The position numbers and the translations under genes are program-made. The notes under the pieces are model-generated. The model worked only from the letters and a program-made list of their open reading frames with translations. It had not been told where the DNA came from and searched no databases. Shown one piece after another: positions 63,571-64,000 of a stretch of DNA of 64,000 nucleotides. Numbering within the stretch: position 1 is the first letter of the stretch; every line of letters starts with the position of its first letter. Source of the DNA: Octopus vulgaris (lineage: Eukaryota); NCBI GenBank assembly GCA_951406725.2, contig OX597823.1, positions 6,014,001-6,078,000 on the forward strand. The letters run 5' to 3'.

Positions 63571-64000
63571 CACACTGGGATGAATGATTACGACCAACAA
63601 AAATATGCAAAGACCTTTCGTAGCCCAGACATGAACAAATAAATGAAAGATAACAAGAACGCCAGATATTCAAAACTAGAAAAATATAAATATATAAACT
63701 CAATATTATGGTAAAATTAAACGAAAATAAAAATAAATATAAATTTAAATTAAGCAGAAAATGGAGAAATCTTGATCAATAACAACTGACAAACATCGAT
63801 TATTATTTTTTAATACAAAACTTTATTAAAAAATAATAATCAATATTGGTCAATTGTTGTTGATCACGATTTCTCCATTATCTGTTTAATTGAAATTTGA
63901 TTACTGATAAAATTCTTGTTTATATTTATCCATTACCTGTATCCTATGAGCATAATATGCTTGCATATGTATGCCCAGGGTTAACATAAGTAATTCATAC

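Noticed and set aside
46597-64000. Upstream integrin exon ('LVGAP...C...C')
   Set aside because: No matching spliceable segment found by eye; it probably lies beyond the window, though a divergent exon could have been missed.

Overview
Eukaryotic, AT-rich, microsatellite- and SINE-dense DNA. The repeat families look like octopus (coleoid cephalopod); this is inferred from recalled repeat families, not from a search. The whole window lies inside one minus-strand integrin alpha gene. Four small GT-AG exons (46596-46496, 17091-16971, 7696-7635, 246-198; 333 bp in total) splice in frame into beta-propeller/FG-GAP sequence, and none is reported by the ORF track. The introns hold a nearly intact, 5'-truncated RTE-clade LINE (APE + RT + PHD finger, one 1-bp frameshift), many of its 3' ends, several modular tRNA-derived SINE families, MITEs, minisatellites and long simple repeats. 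Nearly all other listed ORFs are repeat artefacts. The most notable unexplained signal is a set of hammerhead-ribozyme-like motifs at 25.5, 26.1, 41.1, 56.1 and 63.5 kb. Three are in the host pre-mRNA sense and one sits in a ~295-bp tandem repeat resembling a retrozyme. Several long inverted repeats could also form intronic dsRNA. All structures were folded by eye and need computational and experimental checks.
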